A DNA stretch of 63,578 nt, filler included, from Guillardia theta CCMP2712 (lineage: Eukaryota; Protista; Cryptophyta), in assembly GCF_000315625.1 (NCBI RefSeq). It is 4 parts of 4 records of this genome, joined end to end, with 100 filler letters (N's around TTAATTAATTAA, not from the genome) between each part and the next. Parts side by side here need not be neighbours in the genome. Positions count along the whole stretch, not along the records: positions 1 to 14,012 come from NW_005434601.1; positions 14,113 to 27,917 come from NW_005434528.1; 2 more parts are not named here. One strand, 5' to 3'. Shown piece after piece: positions 13,376 to 24,390 of the stretch. The first letter of the stretch is position 1; each line of letters begins with the position of its first letter. The notes below the pieces were generated by a model that was given only the letters and a program-made list of their open reading frames with translations, made no database searches and was not told the DNA's origin. Position numbers and translations under genes: made by a program.

Positions 13376-14307
13376 AGGAAGGTGGGAGAGGAGAAGGAGG
13401 AGAGAGGAGGAGAGCAAGAAGGGAGAGGAGGATGAGGGAGGAGAGGGGAAGGAGGATGGTACGACATGATACTGAAGTTCTTCACAGCGAATTGTATCAC
13501 GGGCTCAACCTTTCGAATCTTCGTGTGGACGAGGTGAGAGAGAATGAAAGGATCAGAGCAAAGGGGGAGGAGGAGGCGGAGGGAGGGAGGGAGGGAGGGA
13601 GGGACGAGACGAGGGAGAGAGGAAGGGAGAGGGTGTTCTAACGGGCGAGCAGAGGTTGGACGTTCTCCTGCATGTCAAGTGGACTGTCAAGGAGTTCGAG
13701 ACGAAACTGGCAAAGGAGCTCATCGAGCTCATCGACAGAGAGGCTGATCTCCTCAACAGAGGGAGGAAGGAGAAGGCGCTAGAGGTCTCCTCCTCTTCCC
13801 CTCCCCTCCCTCCTCTTCCCCTCCCCTCCCTCCTCCTCCCCTCCCTTCCCTCGTCTTCCTCTCCCCTCCCTCCTCTCGCCTTCTTCTCCCATTCCTCTTT
13901 CCATTCCCTCCCCCTCCTCTTCCTCTCCTTCCTACTTTCCTTATCCTCCCATGATCCCTCTCTTGTCTCTTCTCCCTCCTCCCTCCCCTCCTCTCACACT
14001 CCCTCCCTCCCCNNNNNNNNNNNNNNNNNNNNNNNNNNNNNNNNNNNNNNNNNNNNTTAATTAATTAANNNNNNNNNNNNNNNNNNNNNNNNNNNNNNNN
14101 NNNNNNNNNNNNGTGTCCACAGACTCGAACTGGCCTGACTTTCCCACGTAACGATCCTCACGCGTAGAACCGTCTCCCGTTCCTCGCCCTTTCACGCGCC
14201 TTCCTGCGTTGTCTACTTTCTTGCCCTGCCCCACGGTGTCGAAATCAGCATGCGGGGAGTTGCGATATGGCGGACAGAGTTGGGAAAGGGAGTCCAGGGA
14301 AGTGTAG
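10971..14307 (+). CDS. IQUB: IQ and ubiquitin-like domain-containing protein (FAP253/IQUB, flagellar radial spoke); interrupted by an assembly gap, last exon tentative
   Basis: KKPYYGGYRHKVTGLEYHHAASQT, VVIQCYTRGMFAR (IQ motif), RRKNPKTAADFEILYNELEQWR, LDVLLHVKWTVKEFETKLAKELIELIDREADLLNRG, with an acidic low-complexity N-terminus. Confidence 0.88.
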
Positions 14308-14774
14308 AATGAGCAGGCAGAGAAGAATCAAGTCTAGCAATGCGCGCACAAGATAATTTGGCTTTTCTCTTCTCTTCATTTCGTTTCTGCTCCTCCTTTT
14401 CCTTCTTATCTTCCTCCACCTCATCCTTCCTCCCACCGCTCCTCCCTTTATTTTTTCCTTCTCTCTTTTTATCATCTTTGCTCCATCCCCCTGTTTACCC
14501 TCATCTCATCTCCAGTCTCAGAATTTTTGTTCTCCTCTCTCCTCCTCTCCTCACACCTGTTCTCGTTCCTTCCTGTCTCCTTATTGCCTTCTTCTCTTCT
14601 TCTCCACTCTCCTCTCCTCATATCTCTTTTCTTTTTTGTTCCTCCTCTCTTTCTTTCTCTCCCCTCTTCCTCCTCCCCTTCTTTCCTTTCTAGTGACAAC
14701 CTTGCCATTTCCTCTCCTCCATTTCCTTGTCGCTCATCTCTATCCTAAAATGTTTCTCGATTACACCATCTCTT

Positions 14775-15100
14775 CCTATCCTATCCTATCCTATCCTATC
14801 CTATCCTATCCTATCCTATCCTCCCCTCCTCTCCTTCCCTCTTCTCCTCTCCTCTCCTCTCCTATCCTTTCCCCCCCTCTCTTCTCTTCTCTTCTCTTCT
14901 CCTCTCCTCTCCTCTCCTCTCCTCTCCTCTCCCCTCATGGTCTCCTCTCCTCTCCCCTCTCCTCTCCTCTCCTCTCCTCTCCCCTCATGGTCTCCTCTCC
15001 TCACTGTCTCTCTCCTCTCCTCTCCTCTCCTCTCCTCTCCTCTCCTCTCCTCTCCTCTCCTCTCCTCTCCTCTCCCCTCCCCTCCCCTCCCCTCCCCTCC
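14775..15100. repeat. (CTATC)n followed by (CTCCT)n/(CTCCC)n microsatellites
   Basis: Visible pentamer arrays. Confidence 0.9.
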
Positions 15101-15562
15101 TCCTTACCTGCGCCTCTGCATCCATCGCGCCGCTCTTCTTTTTTTTGCTGAGAGGCTCCCGTTATATGTAACGTGTGCGTACGTTACATAAATTAACGGA
15201 TCATTTTCCGAGGTCCCGGCGGTCGGAGATCATTTGGCCGGGCCGGCGTTTCACTGAGTTAAAGTAGGGTCCACACTGACAGCGGCCCGGTTCTGTCAGT
15301 GACGGTACGGTAGGCCCGCACGGTGGCCGGAGCCGGGGGACCGGACTCGCCGGGGGGAGGCCATTGGAATCAGTGTCCGATCAGTTGAAACCAGCGAGCA
15401 AACAAAAGCATTGAGCCTCGGAGCTCACGCTTGAAGGGCGCAACCTTAGAAAAGGGTCACTTATACTTCATTTATAGTTATATTCAAACTACTCAGTCAA
15501 GCGACTGAGCCTGGTGACTTGTACAATCAGGAGTTTCCTCTAATTCAAACTGAAACTGCGCC

Positions 15563-18500
15563 TTACTCTCTTTCCTCAAGGATAGTGCGAACCCTGGTTG
15601 CCAGCGTCTCAGGGTTAGGGTACTGCATCTTCTCCAGCTTGCTGAACAGCAGCACTGTGTTGGTGTCCCCCATAGCGTCCTGCCACTCAACGTAGATCTC
15701 GAAGGAGCCAGGGCGAGGCTCGATCTCTGGAGCATGCGTGGACCCCGATGCGCGGTTGCCGACCACCGTGAACTTCCTTCCTCTCAGCTCCTCCAGCAGC
15801 AGGCGCAGAGCCTCTCGTAGAGCAGCTGGTACTGCTGGATGTCGTACCGCCGCGCGTGCCTCTCGGAGTTGCAGAACTCGACGAGGATGCAGATGGGAGT
15901 CTCCTCGGTGACGCTCCCGTCCCTCACCGATTGCAGCAGGTGCGAGAACGGCCTGAGGGTGCCGAACACGTCGATGCCCTGAGCAGCGAAGTCTTGCGCG
16001 GAGCCTCGCGAGTCCATTGGAGGGCCAGAGTCTCGCAGATTGTCCTCGTAGAGTTGGTGTGGAATGCCGTCGTCCCCGCGGTAGTAACGGCCGGAGTTGG
16101 CCGACAGCGGGCGGTTGAGCCGCCTGCCATAGTCAAACCCACCGTCCTCCTGCCCTCCTTCCATCCGATTGCCCGTCGTTCGCTCCACTTGGAGCTCCAT
16201 CCTCGCCCTTGCGCTCTGCGGGCGTCGCTGCACCCCGTTGTGGGCGACCCTTGGACGCCCGTAGACATCCTCCAGGTCTGTGAGCAAGCTCTCCACCCGC
16301 TTCGGCCGCCCTGGAGTTCCGTTGAGACCCGCAGGGTTGACAGGAGTGGAGAGCGAGTGAGATGGGCCTCTGCTGGATGAAGGCTGCAACTTGCGCTTGG
16401 GCTTCGACTTGGGCGGCTTCACCTTGGAGAACTGATGATCCAAGGCCAGCTGAGGGTCGACGAGGCTCGCCACGCGTATGATCTTGTCCATCTTAGCTTG
16501 AAGCTCCAGGTACTTCCTGTCCTTGTCTTGCGCTCGCTTCGTCACCATCTCAAGCGCGTCCGTCAGCCCCACCACCTCCTTGCTCAGCTGGTTCAGCTGC
16601 GCGTGACATTCCGCGTTCTCCTTCTGCAGGCTGCGGATGCGCGTCATCCTCTCTCGCTCCGCCAGCTGGTCGTCGGGAAAAACTTGCGAGCTGCGGTTCT
16701 GCTGGAGAGCTTTGACCTCCTCCTGTGCGGCCTGCAGGGATTCCTTGGTTCTATCCAAGGCACTTCTCAGCTCTGTGATCTCCTTCTGCTTCGATATGGA
16801 TTCTGCTTTGCTGGCGTCGAGCAAGGCATTCACCTCGGAGAGATTGTTCTCGAGGTAGGAGATCTGGGATCGAAGCTCCTCCTCCTTCCCCCCTCCCATC
16901 ACATGGTCACCACCTTGCATGCTGTACCAATTGTCGCCCGCCTTGTTGCGCGCCTTCCGCTCGCTACTCATGGCAGCGTTCAACATCTTCACCTCCTCTG
17001 TCAGACGGGCGTTCTCAGCTTGCGCAAGTTGGATTTCGATGTCCAGCTGCCGACGACTGTTCTCGCTAACGAAGAAGCGACCTTCAAGTTCGGCACGCAC
17101 AGACTCCATGTGGTCTCTTAGAGATTGGCTCTGTTGCGTGAGGTTCTGATTGACGCCTTCGAGCACTTGGACTTGGTCAGACAAGTTTCTCTTCGATATC
17201 TCGAGCCTTCGTATCTCTTCTCTGTACTGCTTCCCGTCTTCTGCCAAGTTTTTGCTCTCCTCCACCAACTTCTGTACATACTTCCTCAGTTCCACAACTT
17301 CATCATTGATCGCTGCATCCAGGTTCCGCGCAAGGCCATTTTCAGCACTTTCCAACCTCTTCTTCAAGTTTGCACTTTCCACTCCAAGCTGATTCTTTTG
17401 ATTAAGCAATTTCGCACTATCGGCCGACTCAGTGCTCTCCATCCCATCAAGATCAGCAGCAAATCTGCTGAACGATTGCAGGGCTCGATCAAGTTTGCTA
17501 GGAATCTTCTGACCCGCAGCAAGGAGGTCCATGCATTGTCCCAGCTCCAAGATGCCTTCGAAGAGGTTGGCGTAGTCGATAGGTCGTGTTGCAGCAGTCT
17601 CTGCGTCCCAATCCAATGCCCGAACGATTCTGCGCGTAGCAGCACGAACACGAGAAGAATTCTCTTGATTCGACGACAACTCCCTTTCAAGTGACACAGC
17701 TCTCGACGACATCGCGCTCAGCTGGTTCGAAATCCTCTCGTTCTCCGACACTGCTGTCTCACACTCCTGCACAATCTTCTCCACCACTTGACATGCACGA
17801 CTGCATTCTTCTTGTTTCTGTTGCGCGCTCTCATGCAAAGACTCCAGCTTCTGACCCAACTGTACAACCTGCACGTCCAAGTGAGCTCTGAGATCTTCGC
17901 ACTCCTTCCGTAGCCTCTCAAGCTCCTCTGCAGGCACAGCTCCGCTGCCTCGGTCCCCCTCACCCCGCTCCCGCTTCAGCTTCTCTAGCTCCTGCTTGAA
18001 GTCTGCCTCCATCCGCTTGTTCAGAGTCTTCGCCGCTTCACAATCGTTCCGTAGCCTATCAAGCTCCTCTGCACGGACACGAGAAGAATTCTCTTGATTC
18101 GACGACAACTCCCTTTCAAGTGACACAGCTCTCGACGACATCGCGCTCAGCTGGTTCGAAATCCTCTCGTTCTCCGACACTGCTGTCTCACACTCCTGCA
18201 CAATCTTCTCCACCACTTGACATGCACGACTGCATTCTTCTTGTTTCTGTTGCGCGCTCTCATGCAAAGACTCCAGCTTCTGACCCAACTGTGCAACCTG
18301 CACGTCCAAGTGAGCTCTGAGATCTTCGCACTCCTTCCGTAGCCTCTCAAGCTCCTCTGCAGGCACAGCTCCGCTGTCTCGGCCCCCCTCACCCCGCTCC
18401 CGCTTCAGCTTCTCTAGCTCCTGCTTGAAGTCTGCCTCCATCCGCTCGTTCAGAGTCTTCGCCTCCTCGCACTCCTTCCGTAGCCTCTCAAGCTCGTCGT

Positions 18501-21500
18501 AGTATACTCTGCCCATGTCCTCCCCACTCTCTCGTCCCTCCGGAACATGCTCAGGTGTCCCACCAAGCGAGAGCTTGACCTCTACCCTCTCGCCTTGCCT
18601 GGGCTCCCTCAGCCCCCCACCAAGCTCCCGCTTCAGCTTCTCTAGCTCCTGCTTGAAGTCTGCCTCCATCCGCTCGTTCAGAGTCTTCGCCTCCTCGCAC
18701 TCCTTCCGTAGCCTCTCAAGCTCCTCTGCAGGCACAGCTCCGCTGCCTCGGTCCCCCTCACCCCGCTCCCGCTTCAGCTTCTCTAGCTCCTGCTTGAAGT
18801 CTGCCTCCATCCGCTCGTTCAGAGTCTTCGCCTCCTCGCACTCCTTCCGTAGCCTCTCAAGCTCCTCTGCAGGCACAGCTCCGCTGCCTCGGTCCCCCTC
18901 ACCCCGCTCCCGCTTCAGCTTCTCTAGCTCCTGCTTGAAGTCTGCCTCCATCCGCTCGTTCAGAGTCTTCGCCTCCTCGCACTCCTTCCGTAGCCTCTCA
19001 AGCTCGTCGTAGTATACTCTGCCCATGTCCTCCCCACTCTCTCGTCCTTCCGACACTTGGCCGAGCATGTTGTCCAGCGAGAGCTTGACCTCTACGACTT
19101 CGCTCTCGCCTTGCCTGGGCTCCCTCAGCCCCCCGCCAAGCTCCCGCTTCAGCTTCTCTAGCTCCTGCTTGAAGTCTGCCTCCATCCGCTCGTTCAGAGT
19201 CTTCGCCTCCTCGCACTCCTTCCGTAGCCTCTCAAGCTCGTCGTAGTATACTCTGCCCATGTCCTCCCCACTCTCTCGTCCTTCCGACACTTGGCCGAGC
19301 ATGTTGTCCAGCGAGAGCTTGACCTCTACGACTTCGCTCTCGCCTTGCCTGGGCTCCCTCAGCCCCCCGCCAAGCTCCCGCTTCAGCTTCTCTAGCTCCT
19401 GCTTGAAGTCTGCCTCCATCCGCTCGTTCAGAGTCTTCGCCTCCTCGCACTCCTTCCGTAGCCTCTCAAGCTCGTCGTAGTATACTCTGCCCATGTCCTC
19501 CCCACTCTCTCGTCCCTCCGACACTTGGCCGAGCATGTTGTCCAGCGAGAGCTTGACCTCTACGACTTCGCTCTCGCCTTGCCTGGGCTCCCTCAGCCCC
19601 CCGCCAAGCTCCCGCTTCAGCTTCTCTAGCTCCTGCTTGAAGTCTGCCTCCAATTGATCATTCAGAGTCTTCGCCTCCTCGCACTCCTTCCGTAGCCTCT
19701 CAAGCTCCTCTGCAGGCACAGCTCCGCTGTCTCGGTCCCCCTCACCCCGCTCCCGCTTCAGCTTCTCTAGCTCCTGCTTGAAGTCTGCCTCCAATTGATC
19801 ATTCAGAGTCTTCGCCGCTTCACAATAGTTCCGTAGCCTCTCAAGCTCCTCTGCAGGCACAGCTCCGCTGCCTCGGTCCCCCTCACCCCGCTCCCGCTTC
19901 AGCTTCTCTAGCTCCTGCTTGAACTCAGCCTCCATCCGCTCGTTCAAAGTTATCGCCGCTTCACAATCGTTCCGTAGCCTATCCAGCTCTTTTACCAAAT
20001 TAAAAATTTCTTCCCCCTTGTCTTGTGGTGCTGGATCGGCGCTTACAGCGAAAGTAGCAAGATAATCAAAACTTGAAAATTCGTTTTTGAGCTCCGTACA
20101 GTCTCCAAGGATTGCTGCAGTCATGGAACATGCCATGGCAATCTGATTCTGATGTGACACCTTCATATCTCGAAGTTGCCTTTCCAGTTCTTCCTTTTCG
20201 GACTCGATGGAATTCAGCAAGTCCTGGGCTGCTTTGTTGAGACTCAATGCCTCTTGCAGGTCCTTCACAGAAAACTCAGCAACACTTGATAGATTCAAAA
20301 TTCTGCTATTCATTACCGGAAGATCTTTCGCTCCATATGAAGACTCTACGGTGGCAGGGACGAATGAAGCTTCCATTGCAATCATGTCGTTGATTATTTC
20401 AGCGAGCTCCATTTTGATTTCGGAGACTACTCCAACCAAAGAGGAGTTGATTTCGTCCCCACACCACCTTGCGTTCCCTAAGAGTTCTGCAAGCTTGACA
20501 TTGCAACTGAAGGCCTCCTGCAGACCTTCTTGCAACTCTCGTTTGGTGGTTTCAAAACTGTAGTTTTCAGCCCTTGCAGCCTCAAGTTCTCGTTCCAGGG
20601 CTTGGACGCGAATATTCAAAAAGCTCATCTCGCTCTCCAAGCTGTCATGAGATTGTTTCTTTTGAGAAGTGAGGTCGCACGTGACAACCCTGGACGTATG
20701 CCTTCCTTTCTTGAGAGCACTGGTCTCACTTGAACACTGCTGCTTTAGCTGGTCGAAGATCTCAATGCATGAACGGCCATCAGGCGAAGCATTCCAGGCA
20801 ACGATAAACTCCACCATTGAGTTTGCTTCCTGGACTGATTGTATACTGACAGATGAAGATGTCAGATTCAAAGCTCGCGAAAGATCTTCAATCAATTCTT
20901 CACAGAAATGATCTTGATTCATGTCCTCGAATCGCAAGTCGAACTTGAGGGCAAAAACTTCGGACTGAGGAACATAAGGCTTCATCCGCTTGATATCCAA
21001 CTGTTGATCATTCACAATTTCAGACAACCTTGAATATTTATCTCTTTCCTCCTGTAGCTCCTGCAAATTTTGTCGCCGATGTTGATCCAGTTGCTGATTC
21101 AACATGCTATTTTCTTCAATCAGACGCTGAATCTCATCCTGGGGTTTGGCAGCACTGAAAACATCGGAATCTACTAGTGGTGATGCATTTTTAGAGCTAT
21201 TGCCAATTAAAGTATCGACATCATCCACATTCTTCCTTGCAAAATCAAACGGCTGAGTGGAATTTGTTGGCTTTCTTCCTAAATCTAGTTGTCTGTGCTT
21301 CTTGGTTCCAACGGCAGAGTTTGAAGCAGACTTAGCACTTGGAACAGCAGCATTTGAAGGTTTCGTTGCTGACTGATTACCAGTCGTTCGCTTCTTGTAC
21401 CTTCGTCGCTTTTCTTTGACCATTCTCCTTGCGATCATACCTCTTGCCCGTGCTTGTATCTTGGTCGCTGCAACGTCTGGATTCACTGATCCGTGCGTTC

Positions 21501-23790
21501 CTTCCAATCTTGCCTCTTTCTCTGAATTGTTTTCCGCATGTTCTTTTGCCTGTTTTGTTCCAGCCTCCTTCATACCCTCTACCTTCTTCCGCTCTGCTAT
21601 GCCCCGTGCCCGCGCCTGTATCTTGGTCGCTGCATCAATCTGGTCTTGATCCACCGCCTCTGCTGTCTCCTTCTCCTTCGTGTTGGCGTGACCGTGGCTC
21701 CTCTCCTCCCCTCCTCGTAGCTCCTTCATACCCTCTACCTTCTTCCGCTCTGCTATGCCCCGTGCCCGCGCCTGTATCTTGGTCGCTGCATCAATCTGGT
21801 CTTGATCCACCGTCTCTGCTGTCTCCTTCTCCTTCGTGTTGGCGTGACCGTGGCTCCTCTCCTCCCCTCCTCGTAGCTCCTTCATACCCTCTACCTTCTT
21901 CCGCTCTGCTATGCCCCGTGCCCGTGCCTGTATCTTGGTCGCTGCATCAATCTGGTCTTGATCCACCGCCTCTGCTGTCTCCTCCTCCCCTCGTAGCTCC
22001 TTCAAGCCTTCTACATTAGTCTTCTCAATGCCATTCAAAGCCTGCAGACTCCGAGGAGTATCAAGCTTGACTTCCTTTCCTTGTTCTGAGTCTTGCCCCG
22101 GTGCCTGTACTCCTCGAGACATCAGCACCTCGCTCCCGTCAGCCCCTGCTAGCATCTCGTTCCATGCCTCCTTCCCGATGTACCCGGCCCCTGCAGTGTC
22201 TAGCTCCCCAAACAGCGTCTTCAAGTCTCCTGGAGGTATGTCAAGCTGCAGAGTCTCTGCCGCTGCCTCCAGATCTGGCCATGACAACCTCCCGTCCCCG
22301 TCTACATCGAACGCAAAGTAAGCTTCTTCTACTGATAAATTGTTAAACTGAATCACTGCCGCGATGGTGCTGATGCTGACCCTGCTTGTTTCTGATAGAA
22401 AAAGCACTCCTCCATCTACAGCCCCATTTGTGTTCACTCTCGTGCTGACTTGAGTCTCAAGCTGAATCCCTCTCGACTGCAAGATGCCTTCAGCGTTTGC
22501 GCCCGCAAGCGTGCTGTGCCATGCATCTCTGCTGATGTACCCTTCTCCCTCAGAGTCCATCTTGCTGTAGACCTTCTCTAGCACATCTGCTGCAATCCCA
22601 AGGTCGAGCACCGTCGCAGCAGTCCGCATATCTGCAAGGGAAACCTTGCCGTCCTCGTCCGAGTCAAACGCATCATATCCTTCTGTGGGACCAAGGTTGT
22701 TGTACTTGAGACAGGCTGATATGACATTTATGGCCTGCTCCACCCCCTGCACTTCTCCATCACGGGCTGGTGAGACCGATGTGTCACCGACTTCCCGTTT
22801 GTTTAGGACACCTCGAGACATCAGCACCTCGCTCCCGTCAGCCCCTGCTAGCATCTCGTTCCATGCCTCCTTCCCGATGTACCCGGCCCCTGCAGTGTCT
22901 AGCTCCCCAAACAGCGTCTTCAAGTCTCCTTGAGGTATGTCAAGCTGCAGAGTCTCTGCCGCTGCCTCCAGATCTGGCCATGACAACCTCCCGTCCCCGT
23001 CTACATCGAACGCCATGTAAGCTTCGTCCAAAGAAATTCGATTAAATTCGATTGCTGCTGCAATCACATTGCGTGCTTCTATCTTGGAGGTTAATCCATG
23101 GAATGGTTTCATCATTCCGTCAGTGCGCGTTGAACCTGAAGCTGCATTGAACCCTGACTGAGATGTTTGTGATTTGAAATCTTCGAGATATTGCTCCCAC
23201 TTAGAGTAATCAACGAAACCTGAAGCATTGCTTTCTAAGAATTGCAAGAGCTCAGTCAATTGCTCGTCACTGATGCCCAGATTCAAATTCTGACTTGAAT
23301 TCTTCAAATCATCATACGATATCCTTCCATCTTGGTCTACATCAAAGGCATCATATCCCTGCGAAACAGAAATTCCGTTGTAATCAAGTGCAGCGCATAT
23401 TTGTTTCATCGCGCTCATCAGAGATTTTGGAACATGAGAAGGCAAGAACTCCTGCAACCTGTTTTGGTGCACAAAACTTTCGAACTGCTCTTGCGATAGT
23501 GAGTTGTCTTGCACTCGTGCGTTGTTTGGATTAGAGTCTGCCGAAGAATCCATACTTGCAAAGAAAGCCATTGCAATGGAGTCTGGTTGATTAAGCCTCA
23601 ACTCTTCACAAGACTGGACAACATCTTGATACGAAATTCGGCCATCCTTGTCCTATATTGAGATCAGTTCTAGAGCACGAGAGCACACAGACAAGAGGGA
23701 GATGTTTCCAACCTTGTCCAGAAAGTAGAACCATGTCGAACTATCCTTCAAGTAGTTCCTCAATTTCTCATAAAACGTCTGCAAGATCAC
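15563..23790 (-). CDS. Giant EF-hand / IQ-motif / coiled-coil repeat protein with C-terminal Rdx (SelW/SelT/SelH-like) domain; apparent 1-nt frameshift near 15803; 5' end unresolved
   Basis: 2605-aa ORF at 15784-23601 with repeated FDVDGDGRLSWPDL / LDTAGAGYIGKEAW EF-hand pairs, 4x AATKIQARARG and long ELERLRKECEEAK repeats. An upstream exon ...WFYFLDK splices to DKDGRISYQD. The downstream frame continues PRPGSFEIYV...LFSKLEKMQYPNPE. Confidence 0.85.
17640..19990 (-). repeat. Intragenic tandem repeats (units of ~129, 234 and 429 bp) encoding coiled coil
   Basis: Near-identical nucleotide copies; ORF track shows identical peptides at 234-bp and 429-bp offsets. Confidence 0.92.
21580..21995 (-). 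repeat. 120-bp tandem repeat, each unit encoding one IQ motif
   Basis: ETAE(A/T)VDQDQIDAATKIQARARGIAERKKVEGMKE repeated three times. Confidence 0.92.
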
Positions 23791-24064
23791 AGATTGACCA
23801 GCAGGTTCACTGAAAGAAGATGCAGGAGCATCGGGCATTCTGTGTTTGGAGCAATTCAGGAGGGAATTCCAGTTGCAATCTAGAATCACCTCATCAAATA
23901 GCTTGTGCTAGTTCGAATACTTCATCCTCTCAAGAGCCCTTGGATACCGTGCTGGTTTCCTCTGGAAATCTCAGTGTCAAAATACAAACGAATCCTCTTT
24001 CCTGACACATCCCTCCCTCTTTCCCTCTCTTCTGTGACCTCGCTTCGCACTATTTGATCACACT

Positions 24065-24390
24065 CCTCCATGCTCTTCCATTTTCTTCCTCTCCTCTTCC
24101 CTCTCCTCTCCTCTTCCCTCCTCTTCTCTTTTCTTCTCTCCTCTCCTCTCCTCTCCTCTTCTCTTCTCTTCCTCCTCTTCTCTTCCCTCCTCTCCTCTTC
24201 CCTCCTCTTCTCTCCCTCCTCTTCTCTTCCCTCCTCTCCTCTTCCCTCCTCTTCTCTTCCCTCCTCTCCTCTTCCCTCCTGTTCTCTCCTCTCCTCTCCT
24301 CTCCTCTCCTCTCCTCCTCTCCTCTCCTCTCCTCTCCTCTCCTCTCCTCTCCTCTCCTCTCCTCTTCTCTTCTCTTCCTCTCCATCCCCT
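24065..24390. repeat. CT-rich microsatellite, (CTCCT)n
   Basis: Visible array. Confidence 0.9.

Noticed and set aside
14057-14068. TTAATTAATTAA flanked by Ns (also 27962-27973 and 56387-56398)
   Set aside because: Identical spacer centred in N runs, with stops in all frames; an assembly gap marker, not biology
15784-15786. TGA in an Rdx-like domain as possible selenocysteine
   Set aside because: It is not at the CxxU position and the downstream domain is in a different frame; a 1-nt indel explains it better
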